A stretch of DNA of 64,000 nt, taken from the NCBI GenBank assembly GCA_030704615.1, contig CM060733.1, positions 60,078,001 through 60,142,000 of the forward strand, given 5' to 3'. The stretch comes from Takakia lepidozioides. Its lineage: Eukaryota; Plantae; Bryophyta. A program made the translations under genes and the position numbers. The notes under the pieces were generated by a model. The model had not been told where the DNA came from. It saw nothing but the letters and a program-made list of their open reading frames with translations, and did not search any database. This document shows, one piece after another, positions 1 through 12,661 of the stretch (positions are counted from its first letter, which is position 1; the number at the start of each line of letters is the position of its first letter).

Positions 1-85
1 TCCATCATGTGCTACAACTGCTCCACAGAGAGCTTCCATGTAACCCCACCCAATGTAAGGTCCCGGATATCCATTGATGATGTAC

Positions 86-1018
86 CTGTTCTGCAAGGTC
101 GATGTACTCGATAGTGAGCAGGCGGGCACAAAAACATGGAACGGCTCCATAGTGCACGACCGCAGCACATGAAGATGGCAAAACATCACAAAGGTGGGTC
201 AAGGCCCTGGCTGCCAGCAACATCATATCTGGATTATACTCATAATTTAGAAGCCCCACGAGCACCGGCACAAACGAATCCACCGAGAAGCTGCTGAGCG
301 ACTCTTCAGTTCCAATTGACAACAATTCACACAATTGGGAAAGAGATTCCAATTGCCGACCCTCTTCTGCTTCAGAGCGCAGACCCGTGAGAATTCGCTT
401 CAGCCTGCTGTTCTGATGCGACGAAGGTGTCGACGAGGGTAAGAGGTCATCAAGTCCAGCCCCGAGCTTTCTCAGCAAGCCATGCAGTGCACTACTGGCT
501 GATGCCAGGTTTTGGTGCAAGGTACTGGCCCCCTCCCCGTCATTATCATCCTCCCCTCCACTAGCTGCTGCCACGGCCCTATCTCTATCTGCTCTATCGC
601 GGACCCGCTCCCTCTCTTTTTCAGGTTCCTTCTCTTTACCTTTCTCTAACTCTCGCTCCTTCTCCTTTTCCGTCTCACTTCCTCGTTCCTCATCTTTCTC
701 AAGCGGATGCTTAAACGACTTATCGCTATCTCTCCTCCCTGACTTGTCGTGATCCCTCTTCGACCCCGACGCCAAAGCTTCTGTTCCGGAATCCATCCCA
801 ATCTCAAGAGAGTGCGTTGTTGATGTGGCAGCCGCTGTGGCGGCAGCGGCAGCGGCTGTGGATGTGCGTGTGGAAGGGCGGGCACGAGGGGGGGGATTGG
901 AAGCAGATGCAGATGCAGTAGCAGCAGCAGACAGGCGTGCTCTCTTTGATCGCAATGGTGCAGCAGGGGATGGCCGATGCGACGTGGCCTCCACCCGCTT
1001 GCGGCTGCGCGTTTCCAT
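86..1018 (-). CDS. UPL3: First coding exon of a HECT E3 ubiquitin ligase, UPL3/KAKTUS (TRIP12/UFD4) family; gene continues off the left edge
   Basis: Starts METRSRKRVEA; contains ALHGLLRKLGAGLDDLLP and ARM-region LCELLSIGTEESLSSFSVDSFVPVLVGLL...LLTIEYIDLAEQ; GT donor at 85-84 in phase 0. Confidence 0.92.
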
Positions 1019-4000
1019 AAAAAAATCCACCCCTCCCCCCCCCCCTCCTCCCTCCTCCTGCCCTCCTCCTTCACACAATCTCACCACCTCCAGTACATCT
1101 TGCAATTCTGCACATCCTTGCCAGCATCTCACACTCCCCCGCACATCCTAGGGTTCCTCCTTGTTCCTCAATTCCTCGCTATCTCTCTACAATCTACACA
1201 GCAATCCCCGCAGCAGATGATGAAGAGCACAAGGCTTGCGATCCCTGCCCGCACCGAGTGATCCCTCAAAGACCTGGCCAGCAATAGGGCGCCCTCCCAA
1301 CCTTCAACCCTCCCGAGGCCTCATGCCTCATGCCCCGCATGCCTCCCATCCACGCATGCCCATCATGCCCATCCCTCACGCTATCGTGGCCGCGATGCAG
1401 GCGTCCCCTGCCCGCCCTGCCCGCCCTGCCCGTAACGTTTGCCTTGCCCCCTCTCAGATCCCTCCTTCCTTCCTACCTCCCATTCCCACTCTTCGTAGAG
1501 TCCTAGTGTTTTTATTTCTGGCGAAATTTCGCAATTTTTCGACCTCAAAAAATAAAATGGAATATTCTGTCGTAAATTCGCTGTTTTCTCATGGATGAAA
1601 TCGCCAAACTTCTCCAAATATTATATGAATTCGCCTAATATGGATGATATATAAGGATGAAAGTACAGAGGAGTATGATTCTATCCAAATTTCAGAGGAT
1701 GAACAGAAAATATGGCTATTTCTTGCAAAACTCAGTAGCCACTCCTGTTATTTTCCAAATCTCAAAAAAAAAGACTGCTTCGTACCTGCCATCCTCTTTT
1801 CCTACCTGCCACCACATCACCAAACTGTTACGTCTGTAGCTTGGTAACCCTCCACTACCCTCTTGGACGTAGGTCGTACCTGCCTACGAATAGGCAGATG
1901 GTTTTGCTTACTGTAAAAATGTGGGCACCGACATAATCTATTGGAGAATAAGTATGTTTTTAAGAATTGGGTTCTCAGCTCTTAAATTGTTATTATTATT
2001 ATTAATTTTACAGAACAGGGGACACAGCGTCACAGACGGGTTTATTGTGGGGAAAAAAATTAAAACCCCTTAAATTGTCTATTTGAAAAATGAACCTCTG
2101 ATGTAGGCATAATTATTCTTTTGCTGTAGATTACACAAAAGGAAAGGCTGGTGAAAAGGTAAGTTATGAAAGGTTATTTGGTTCATGACCCTACAATGTC
2201 TTATTCTCACATCCGTTAGATTAGGTAAATGTGCAGCAATCCTTGCCCTTAATGCTCTATCTTTTCTCAATTTTTTTCAATATATATAGAGAACAGGGGC
2301 CCGACAGCGTGAGGCCCTGACAGTAACTTATTTCGTTTCTCATTTGAAGGAATATATTAAGGGCAACTGATCATTATTGTTCATAAAAACCTTTTGTCCA
2401 GATAGGGTTGCATTGATTCTTGTAAATATCTATGTTACTGAACGTTAAACAAAATTTACTTTTTTCTTATGTCTGGATTTCTCGATGAGATAGATAATAA
2501 TCCCAGTAATATCGTGGCCCCTCCAAACAAATGTGCTACCTATAAATTTCAACCTGCATGTGGCATTTAGGTCTAGAAAGTGAGGGCCAATAAAACTTAA
2601 AATACAATTTTTCAATTGTTTTTTAAACAAACACCCACCCAATCCAGAATGTCTCCTGCCCTAACAGAAAGTTTACAGGATGAGTTCATTCAGGTAAGAA
2701 AAAACAATCTTTGTAAAACTATGGCATGCAACTATCCTCGCCAACAAGTAATAACTGCCGTCATGGTCGTGGGTTGTTGGGGTAATCACGTTCCCACCGT
2801 TGAACCCTAAAAGGTTTCACTCACACAATGTCTAAGGTACAGATGTTCCCCAAACATGCGCTATGGGAACAAACTGTGATTACATGCACAATTGTAACTG
2901 GGTAGGACTTGGTCGTGGGTGGGGCATGGGAACATGCGCCACTGAATATTTTTGGATGGATGTAAGTACATGTGTGGGCCAAAATGACAACAACGACACC
3001 TCCAATGGTCGGTTCCGGGTATGTTTTTTTCCAAGCCTTGTGTACAAGTCATTCTACTTATTATTATTATTATTATTATTTATAAGAACAGGGGGATATT
3101 GTTATTTACTTAACTGCCATAAATTACTGGCTGGTTTTTTCCTTTGCATTTGTTTTAAAAATAAATAAATAAATAAAGGAAAGCTGGGAGCTACTGCTCA
3201 CAATTCATTTTTTGGCCCCTTCGACCCCACCGCAATCTCGTCACCAGAATATAAATATTATTTTTATGTTTTGTTGTAGACCATGTGGCATTCTGCACAC
3301 CCTAGGTTCATTGTTCATTCCTGTTCATTGCAAGTTGGTACTATGGCTTAAAGTTCTGTTTGTATTTGTAGGTCCCGTACCTAGCTTCCATGTAAAGGGG
3401 ACCTTGCATTTTTCAGAAGGTGCCCAAACGACCCCTATATTTTTCTGAAGGGCTAATGCTGATTTTTCCAGGCCCTTTACATGGCGGAATGTCCTCCATT
3501 GAAAAGACCTCTAGAAGGTCCTCTGGGTCCTCTGGGCTCACAAAATGGTACAGGGAGCTTCCCCACCAGAATGGCCTCACTCGGCAGGGCCCATTCACTA
3601 GTGTAATAAGGTACCTGAGGCCATTTCTCTGCTAACATATGCTGCTGTTGCGGTCAATATTCAGGCTGTTCCTCACATATAGAGCGAGGGGACAGGTATA
3701 CAGATTCTAGTGTGGGTTGCATGGAGGGCGAGATTGCATGGCATATGCTTGCCTCCCATCTAAAACAAGTGAGAAAGGAAGATCGAAAAATGAACGGAGC
3801 CAGTGCGAGCATGGGCCAGACAGCAGGCACTGAATGCAGAGCCAGACAGCTCATTGTAGCAAAGATGCTGCAGCTTGGTGCATGCAGATGTGAGCTCTAT
3901 GCGAGTAAAACCTTAAGCAAATGAGGTCAGACTAGATGAAGTAGGGATAAAGTAGGTGACGGTGCATGATATGTATCAACAACAGATGCAAGTGAGAGAG

Positions 4001-5051
4001 ATCCAAGTACAAAGAACTTCAAACACAAGTATCACAGCACACCTCAGTATCCAACTTCTGCTTGGGCAGAAAACAATCCTTGATGTTGCATGCAGCTGGA
4101 CCAATCCTGCCACTTCTCATACTGAATGCTACCTTCCACTAGACAGCAGCACAGCTGAGCATGCTGCATGCCATAAGCTGAGGTCTTTGACCGCACATCT
4201 TGTATGCATTAGTCTGACCTAAACTAATAAGGGCATATCTGAACATGTTGAAGTCTTCCAGACCACAGGTCAAAAGTCATGAAATGCTGGGCTGCATTAA
4301 CTTTGACCACAAGCTCCTGTCAAGACTGCCACTCACCAAGGGCCTTGGACAGTGGTCTGAAAACGTTTGCATTTGGACATAAACAGAAGGTAGATGGGGT
4401 TCTTCAAAAGTAGAACCTATACAGTTTGCATTACGAATTCCATCACAGCAACGTACATGGTAGAGTCTCCCAGAATAGGGGTGACTCACACGATAAGAGG
4501 AGCTTATATACTGTGGTCTTCTAATTGAAACACTTTAGATTGACCATTTCATCCAACTGCCTGCTACTCTCTTGCCAAAGCACAACCATGTGCAGTAACA
4601 ACATTGTTATCAGCGAACGTATTCATCATGTAGTTGCTGTTGATGGTAATCTCTGCAACCCCAGATTCATAGGGGAAGCCATAGCAATGAAACCACCTTA
4701 AAGATCACATATGTATACAGATGGTGGTAAGTTCTACTCCAAGGAATAACGATAAACTTTCACCCCACTCACACTCCTAAAGTAATTACATCACTTAACC
4801 CTTATCATTTGCCAGCTTATGACCCAACAGCAACATATGGCCCATGTCGTTTGCCCCATGTTGAAAATGACTAACCTTGCTACAAGCACCAACATTCCGG
4901 TGCTCAGAAGCCAAACCTCTAATGTAGGGAGACATACTCTAGTAGCAGGATGTTCCTCTACAATTCTATATATGTTGGAAAAAGTTGGGAGTTCACTTGA
5001 GCAGTGCATCTATTTTCTCATAGTCATCACTTTGGCCTGCTCAGTCAACAG

Positions 5052-6053
5052 CTAGTGTCGGTATGTTCTCACCACTTGGTCAAAGCGTCGTCTGCAGAGA
5101 GGACAATTCGTCAGCTGAGCAGAGCAGGAGGTACAACAGCACATATGACCACATGGCACGAAAACGGCATTGTAGTCTTGCTCCAAGCAAATCACGCACA
5201 GGTCAGGCATCGACCCTTCCTTCTTCTGCGAGGCTATATCTTCTTCTCCAAGACGCAGGGATGCAGCCTCCATAACCCTCCGCTGCAAAGCTGCCCTTCT
5301 CCGCTTCTCCACAAAATGCTTGACAGCATGAAAGGTTATCAGATAGATGCCAAAAAGAGTAAATCCAAGCGACATGTATTTGTACCATCTCGACCACTTG
5401 CCCAGGTTAGTAACCAGCTGATCTAGGCTTTTGGGACTCACATAAAAGGGGCCCTTGTGTGGCTTTTGAATTCGAATGATCCCTCTATCATCTTGAACCG
5501 CTTCACCCACAACTGTGAGGGCAGTGCCCGTAGGCAGCACTCTCTCAACTCTCTTCACCCCCAGCATCTTGAGGCCCTGCAAGTAATCCAGGGTTCCCCG
5601 CACCAGCGACCGCCCAGACTCCTCAAACACTTCAGAGGCTACGGTAAGGTCCAGGCCGGTGGAACCGCGTGCGCCCACAATATAGACACGGCCCGTTCCA
5701 TCTTCCAAGTACCATGGCACCTCCTTGCTGATTGACAGCATGAGTGCCGAATCTTGAATCCATGAACCGGTGTCATTATGCTTAAGAAAATGCTGTTCTG
5801 CTGTTTCCTCCAAGATTACACCCCTCAGACTGCTGTGCTCACAGTTAATTGGTGTTTCCGACCCCACTCTCCCTGCCACAGTCACAACAACTGGGATGAC
5901 CTTGCAGGCAGACTCCAGCAGAAAAGCAAGGTCTCTGAGTTGATTCACTTTCTTCACCGACCTGAGAGTCAGGGCATCGCGGCCGCTGTTACGGCTTAGA
6001 CAGTAGAGCGCAGCGCCACTGAGGCACAGTGTAATGCCCCCCCATGACAGCAT
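5052..6053 (-). CDS. SP1: SP1/MUL1-type GIDE-domain RING E3 ligase (organelle outer membrane), single exon, 333 aa
   Basis: N-terminal TM, GIDE region (EQHFLKHNDTGSWIQDSALMLS, FEESGRSLVRGTLDYLQGLKMLGVKR), second TM, C-terminal RING CVICLEQDYNAVFVPCGHMCCC...CPLCRR. Confidence 0.92.
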   Translation of the reverse strand: MLSWGGITLCLSGAALYCLSRNSGRDALTLRSVKKVNQLRDLAFLLESACKVIPVVVTVAGRVGSETPINCEHSSLRGVILEETAEQHFLKHNDTGSWIQDSALMLSISKEVPWYLEDGTGRVYIVGARGSTGLDLTVASEVFEESGRSLVRGTLDYLQGLKMLGVKRVERVLPTGTALTVVGEAVQDDRGIIRIQKPHKGPFYVSPKSLDQLVTNLGKWSRWYKYMSLGFTLFGIYLITFHAVKHFVEKRRRAALQRRVMEAASLRLGEEDIASQKKEGSMPDLCVICLEQDYNAVFVPCGHMCCCTSCSAQLTNCPLCRRRFDQVVRTYRH

Positions 6054-7794
6054 GGCCTGCAGCACACACAACGTCTTCAATTACCCTAAAATACTTGGCC
6101 GTCTCTGTCTCCTATATCTGCCCCTCTTTCTTATCCCGCTCTCAAATCTTTCTTCAATCTCGAATTCTGATCAGGAGGAATTCTTCTGGTTGAAACTCCA
6201 ACCAACCCTCCTCAGCAAGCCTGCCGCCATCAAACCTCACTCTATTGAAAGATTTGAGAATAATTACCACTTAGTACCCTCGTCACCAATCTTCCATGCC
6301 GATCTCTTCGCTCAACGACATCTTGCAACAAAACCACCTCGCCGATCTTGTCACCAATCTTCCATGTCGATCTCTTCGCTCAATCAGATCTTGCTCAGAA
6401 ACCTCGCCGCTCTTCAACAAGACGGGTCCCCTCGAGGCCCACATCACCCTCCACCTCTACCCTATTGCTCTACCTCATTTATAATTTAATTCAAACCTTC
6501 AAGAATTTTCATAGACCGTAGGATCTCTCAGCATTAACTCATGTTCCAGACCGTCGATCTCTTCGACTTCGACGGTCGACACTCGACACTTGCACATGCA
6601 GATTATGTCCGTACTTTATCCACACATATATGCTTACATCCTTCCAAATACGACTCTTCATCCAGGTATCATCCTTGCCATCTTGCAAGCCTAGTCAAGC
6701 GTGAATGAAAGTAGGCTTTCATCTGATCAATATCAACTTAATCCATCCATAGTACCCAAGCTTGTGGATGAGAGTAATTCATTCATGTTCAGAACCTCTC
6801 CTCGTCGGAGCTCCTTGAAAAACCATTTCCTTTGCAGTGGACAAGATTGCATGGCTGACACCTCAGGATTGATGAACAAAAATGAGTACTGGAAGGGTGA
6901 GCTCAGACAGAACCAAACAACAGCATTGATGCTAAGATAAAAAAGGCTCAAATCTGCTACAGACACCTTCACCCATCACCCATTCTCTTCTCATTCCTTG
7001 CACAGCTCACAGATTTTGCGAAGACAAAGAAGATCAAGCTGCGTGGACGAGCAAAGAGATCTTCCCACACCTGATGAATTGAAGGCAAATTGATACAGAC
7101 CAGAAGCAGTCATGTACTTGGTGCTGATCACAGCCAAATCGCATGAGAACATGCTAGATCTTATGTCTAGTGAGCACGAATGCATGACAGTACAAACTCG
7201 GATTTCCTTAAAAAACGTTCCAGTTACACAGGACCAAGGAGGACATAGTAATAATGACAATAGATGGAAATGTAGACCACAGTCACACAATGCTCCTCAC
7301 AGAATTGCACAATCTGCAGTGTGAGAGCAAACGCAAGTACAAAGATCTCTGACATAGGTGCAGCTGCAGACCTCAGCCATAAACTTCTGCTCAGGCAGCA
7401 ACGAGTCCTAGATGTGGCATGCAGCTCGACTATTTCTGCCATATGATTCTATTGCATCCCTCCTTCCAACAGAGTGGAACGCAAGTGGGCATGCTGAACT
7501 CGACTCCAAGATTAATTCTTCCCTTCAAGAAGCTGTTTCTGCTCAAGAAAGTGAAGTAAATCAGGCACCTGTACAACCATCAATCATGAATAATCCAAGC
7601 AAACTGCATGCATGTCCGCCCACGGACCAACCCAGCTCATAACATGTGACTACTGACAGGCTCCGAGAGAGCACCATGACAGATGCCATCACAAGAGGGC
7701 AGCTTCACCAGTACATGTCACCTGAACAAATTGTATGGAAGTAGCTCACTGACTGGAAGTATTCCACAAAATTTGGAGCCATTATTGACTCTTA

Positions 7795-10700
7795 TTATCT
7801 GACCATCCATTCTACAGGGAATTTCTCAAACCCGCGTCCTGGGATTGTGGACCAACGTAACACCACCCAGAAGTCGAGTGTCTTGACCGACTCATTCCAA
7901 TGCCGCCACACGTTCTCTTCCTCGCGAACACCCCATCTCATTTCTGCACTCATTCTGTGCAAACTTGCCAGCCTCATTTGCTTTGTTTGCACTCTTACAT
8001 CTCTCACCACAGCACAGCAGTCACCACCAGTGCCACGTAACAGAATCACATCCCCCTTCACCGGCCACGGGGGTATACACTTCTGATTTGGGGCTAAGTT
8101 ATGGGCTGACACCAGCCTTGGCTGCTTATTGCCACGTGCCTGACCTGGCACCTGAACTGCAGGAGGGAGGGGCTCAAATGTGAGCCCACAGGCGATCGCC
8201 TTCTCCCCCAATTCTTCAAGGGTCGCAGGTGGTGGAGGCTTGGTTCGCACTCTAGGGGATTCCTTCACCTTAGGGGACTCGACATTTAGACGAGTACTTC
8301 CACGGGTACTGTGTCCGGGCTGTTGCCCAACAGCCTGGTATTGCGATTCATCAATCTCACTCATGCTGGCAGCAAATGCAGTGAGCAAGCGCCGCGGGGG
8401 CTGGATGGCAGCCTGACGGGCATTCAGCGGCTCTGGCTCCACATGGCCCTGAAGCATATGGACCACACGGCTCATGGGTGGGCGAACCGCAGGGTCATCC
8501 TGGATGCAGAGAAGTGCCACATGAATGGCACGCACAGCTTCTTTTTTATGGAAATACTCCACCTCCTCCACATGCAGCCGCTTGTCCAGGAGCTCCATGG
8601 TACGGCCTTCCCCCATAAGCTTGAAAGCCCAGGCCGGGAAGTACCACTGTTCCTTGCCAAGTGCGAAGTTGGTGTTCTCGCGCCCGCTTATAAGCTCCAA
8701 AAGCACCATACCGAAGCTATAGACGTCAGTTTTTGCTGTGACGGCTGCATGTGGAAGCAACCACTCTGGAGCCAGATACCCAGGAGTGCCACGCATGCTC
8801 GTCACCACCCTGCTTTGCTCCCTATCCATCAACTTGGCCAGCCCAAAATCTGACAACTGCATCATCTCAACAGTATCACATCTTTAGACACTCTCAATGG
8901 ACACTGAAGTCTTTAGCAGAGTGCAACTGGCATACCCACTGACCGAACTTGGTTCAAAGCCATGAGTGCAGAACACACTAGTACACAATACAGCTTCACC
9001 ATGAATGTACCTCCATACTAGCTGCTGCCTAAATGTGGGAGCTCAAAAAGGTCCAACGGAATTGCTTAACTTAGTCCAGTCACAAACTTAATTGAGTGAC
9101 TGTATGAGCAGCATATCAGAGCCCGATCCACAGAGCCTTCAAGAGGTCAAAGGCAAGGAAAAGCTGTTCGTTCACAGTAAGACACTTAGTATGTAGAGCT
9201 ATCTTTCTTCTTTATTGAGACAGTACTGTGAATGAAGAAGAAGGCCAAGGTGTGAAGAAGCATTGCAAATTCTAAGGCATACATTTGCGGGCTTTAGAAC
9301 AAACGATTTTGTAACTCACCTTGGGACAAAATTGATGGTCCAGAAGGATGTTCTCAGGTTTGACATCCAAATGGATTATATGATCACTGCACTCCTCATG
9401 CAAATATGCCAGGGCCCTTGATGTGCCTAGAGCAATGTTCAGGCGTTGCTCCCAGTCAAGCAGCTTCTCCCCCTGCACATTTTTCCCAAAAAGCCAGCTG
9501 TCCAGGCTACCGTTGGCCATAAACTCATAGACAAGCAAGCGGTGCGAGCCCTCTGAACAGAAGCCATGCAGACGAACCAGGTTGAGGTGGCGGATTGCAC
9601 CCATTGATGCCACCTCTGCCCTGAACTGCTTTTCGCCCTGCACAGATGTCTTCTCTAGCATTTTCACAGCCACGCGAGTGCCATTGGGAAGAGTCCCCTC
9701 GTAGACAGACCCAAAAGCACCATCACCCAGCTTCCGGCTGAAGTTCTTGGTGGCGCGTTGCAGCTTAGCGTACGAGAAGCGTGGAGGCAGGCTGGGCACT
9801 GATTCTAAGAATTCCGTTGGAGTAGCAGCCTCTTTAGTGCCATGCGCACAGGCTATAGCCAGCACCGCCACCCCTGCTGCACTCACTAATGCCACTACCA
9901 CTACGTGCCGCAACCGGCCCTGCACAGCAAAATTGAGCTGCATTGTCAATCAACCTGCAGAGTTTCTGGCACTCAAGCGACAGTCTCAACAGAGCTATAG
10001 TCTCATAGAGCTGATCCTGCGGCAGATGGACAACAGTGGCCTATGAATTCCCCAGTCAGGGACCAACAAAATCAATGTTCAAGAGCATGTGCCTAACGAA
10101 CTTCCTGAAGTTACTTAAGTCTAGTATCGAAAAAGTGGTGCTGGCCTTACACAACTTAGCCGCAGGTGCCCAAGTCCACACTGAATCTGTGATGATGCAC
10201 CACGCTTTCTACTTCTTTCCTGCAGCAGGCAATACATATCACCAGTTACAAGCATTCCCATAAACCACCCTCACCCTGCACCTGACAATCGGGAGATGGC
10301 ACTGAGAATAGCCCTTGAAAATAAAAACTAACTAACCTGCTTTCAGGCCCCCACCTTTCATCGACCTCTCGCTACCAAAAGCTCTTTACTTGCAGATTGC
10401 CTCTCTCCCAAAGGGGACCTGCGAGAGTGATGAACTTAGAGCAGAAAAACTAAGGGCAGGTAGAATGTGATTGCTTGCCTGTAACGATCTGCGACTCAAC
10501 TGCGTTTCTCCTACACTACTTCGTATTGACGTAGCAGCTTTCAACTGCGGTTCTCCTGGATTACTTGGCACTGAGACGGAAGCATTCGTTGTAGAGATTA
10601 TAATGCTGGCATTGGGTGAGCACCGGCTTGATTCACTTTGGTGCCTGTCAATTACTTCTCCACTTCCTGGTAGCGAGCCACTACTGTTCACACTAAACCT

Positions 10701-11765
10701 CGGCACAGTGACAATCACGAGCTGCTTCTGCCGCTTCCGCCCCACATTGTCCGTCCCTGCAACTCTCTCATTCCGAGAGTGACCACGGATATAGCGACCA
10801 CGCCAGCTCAACCCTAACGGTGCTATTCGGACTTTCGAAGATTCCGATGTCCTTGAAGTTGGTGGGCTTGCGACACGGATCTGGGTGGAATAGAATATTG
10901 CGATACAATACCGCTCCACTGTAGCAGGATTTTCTTCCTCGTTCTCACCACTAAGTAAGATACGAACATTCCCCCCATAGCATCTTGCCACTGTTCCTTG
11001 CCCATCGTGTTCGTCCATTTGGAGTACTGCATTGGCACCCTGCTGCTTCACTGCCCCACGCCTACTGCCTGTCGAGGATGATACGTTGAGGCACCTCCAC
11101 ACGTCCTCTAGCTCAGCCACTGCCAACGCGCAACAACCTCCAACAGTTCCATTGTCACCAGCTGCTTCTCTGCATCTGCACTTGTCCTGCACTCGGAATG
11201 ATGCATGCCCTGCTGCATTGTTCGCACCGTCACGGCCGCTGCTAGTATTAGTGCAAAGGTGCAGACAAAAAGGGAGAAGAGCGGCCTCGAACCGTAAACT
11301 ATCACCCTGCGCATTTGCAGCACGCTCCCTACTGCGAGCAGCTGCATTTTCACTGACTAGTGTGCTGATGCGCAGGTAGGTGCCGCGTGACTCAGTGCTG
11401 TTAGCCAATCGTGGACTTTCCAAAAATTCTAGTCTGTACCTTCGACCAGATGCATTCCATGTTACTCCATGAATGCCATCGACGATACTAACATCCGAAA
11501 AAATTCCACCGCAACAACACCCATGTATCGACGAGCCAGCGACTTCGATAGCAGCATCTTCACTATCCCTCCTTCTATCACTCGCTGCACAGCTACTACC
11601 TCTGAGCCTACCACTAGTACTGGAGCTGTCTTCACCCAAAACTAAAATTAAAGAGGAAGAGCCATCAGCATTCCCAAGCACAGTGTTCAACTGCAGCAGC
11701 AGCAATGCATAGAGCAGCAAGTGGGAATCACACTGAGACAGCTTCCTTCTGCCCAGGACCTTCAT
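7795..11765 (-). CDS. Receptor-like kinase with SD-2b-like non-RD kinase domain; exons 11765-10419, 9919-9320, 8856-7795 (1002 aa)
   Basis: Signal-like LLLYALLLLQL, TM VVVVALVSAAGVAVLAIAC, kinase motifs GDGAFGSVY, VAVKML, HLDVKPEN, DFG, GTPGYLAPE; GT-AG junctions all phase 0. The exon1-exon2 join is inferred from splice signals. Confidence 0.8.
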
Positions 11766-12661
11766 CTCTTCTACTTAAGCTTCTCCCACGTGCATTGCAT
11801 CAACGTAAAACTTCAACTTTTAATCTGCCAAACCAGCTGCAAGCTGAGAGAGACGACTCGCTACAAGCCCAGTCTCTCCGAGACCCCGAGATGCAAACGG
11901 GATTAGGGCTGTGTAGTAGCCATGGATTGCAGCAGCAAAGCGCAGCTGCTGCTGCCATAGCAGCCTGCTACACTCCAGCTGCTGCGGCAGGCACCGCACT
12001 CTAATAATAGCCCTGCGTCTCTGCCCTTTACCTCACCCTCTCCACCTCACCACCCCGCACTGCATCTACTTACTCTTCTCTCCCATTCTTCTTCCGTCTC
12101 TTCCCTACGATCGAACGCGATCCGTGATATCTCGGATTTGAACTCGGGTCACCTGCGCCACATTTAGTTGGTATATCATTATGTTGATTAAACAAAATGC
12201 TATTTTCAGCAATAAAATAACGTTCTAGGTAGTCCAGTTGGAAAGAGCATCCGAGACGCCGTGGGGTCAACTCCTGAACGGCACGTTATTACGTTAGAGG
12301 AAACTCTGAAGGTCAGTCATTAGTGCCTCCCGAAAAAAATAGGTCTCGTCTTTGGAGCGCAGTGGGCACGTGGCGCCCATCCCCTCTTCTGACATAGGCA
12401 TCACGCTGCACACATGCAAACCGGGATGGGCATTTATTTCGGATGGATGAAACCGAACCGAGGGTATGTACGCGGTGTTCGTTGGACGCTCCGCTTTTTC
12501 TGATGTGGCTCCTTCTGTTAGAACAGTCGTGAGGATGGTCTCGTCTCTGTCCTCCTGCTGCGTTACTGTCAGCACGGATGAAGCCATCTCTCTCTCTCTC
12601 GCTCGTTCTCTCTCTCTGTATCTCTCTCTTTCTCTGCAGCCTGTCTCCAGAATTGTGCAGA

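Noticed and set aside
1019-1144. Gly-rich N-terminal extension of UPL3 in the ORF track
   Set aside because: Starts at a non-ATG codon and derives from a purine-rich leader; the family-typical start is METRSRKR at 1018
6701-7745. Stops removable by U-to-C editing
   Set aside because: That editing is organellar; every stop codon begins with T, so the pattern is uninformative; ordinary decay suffices
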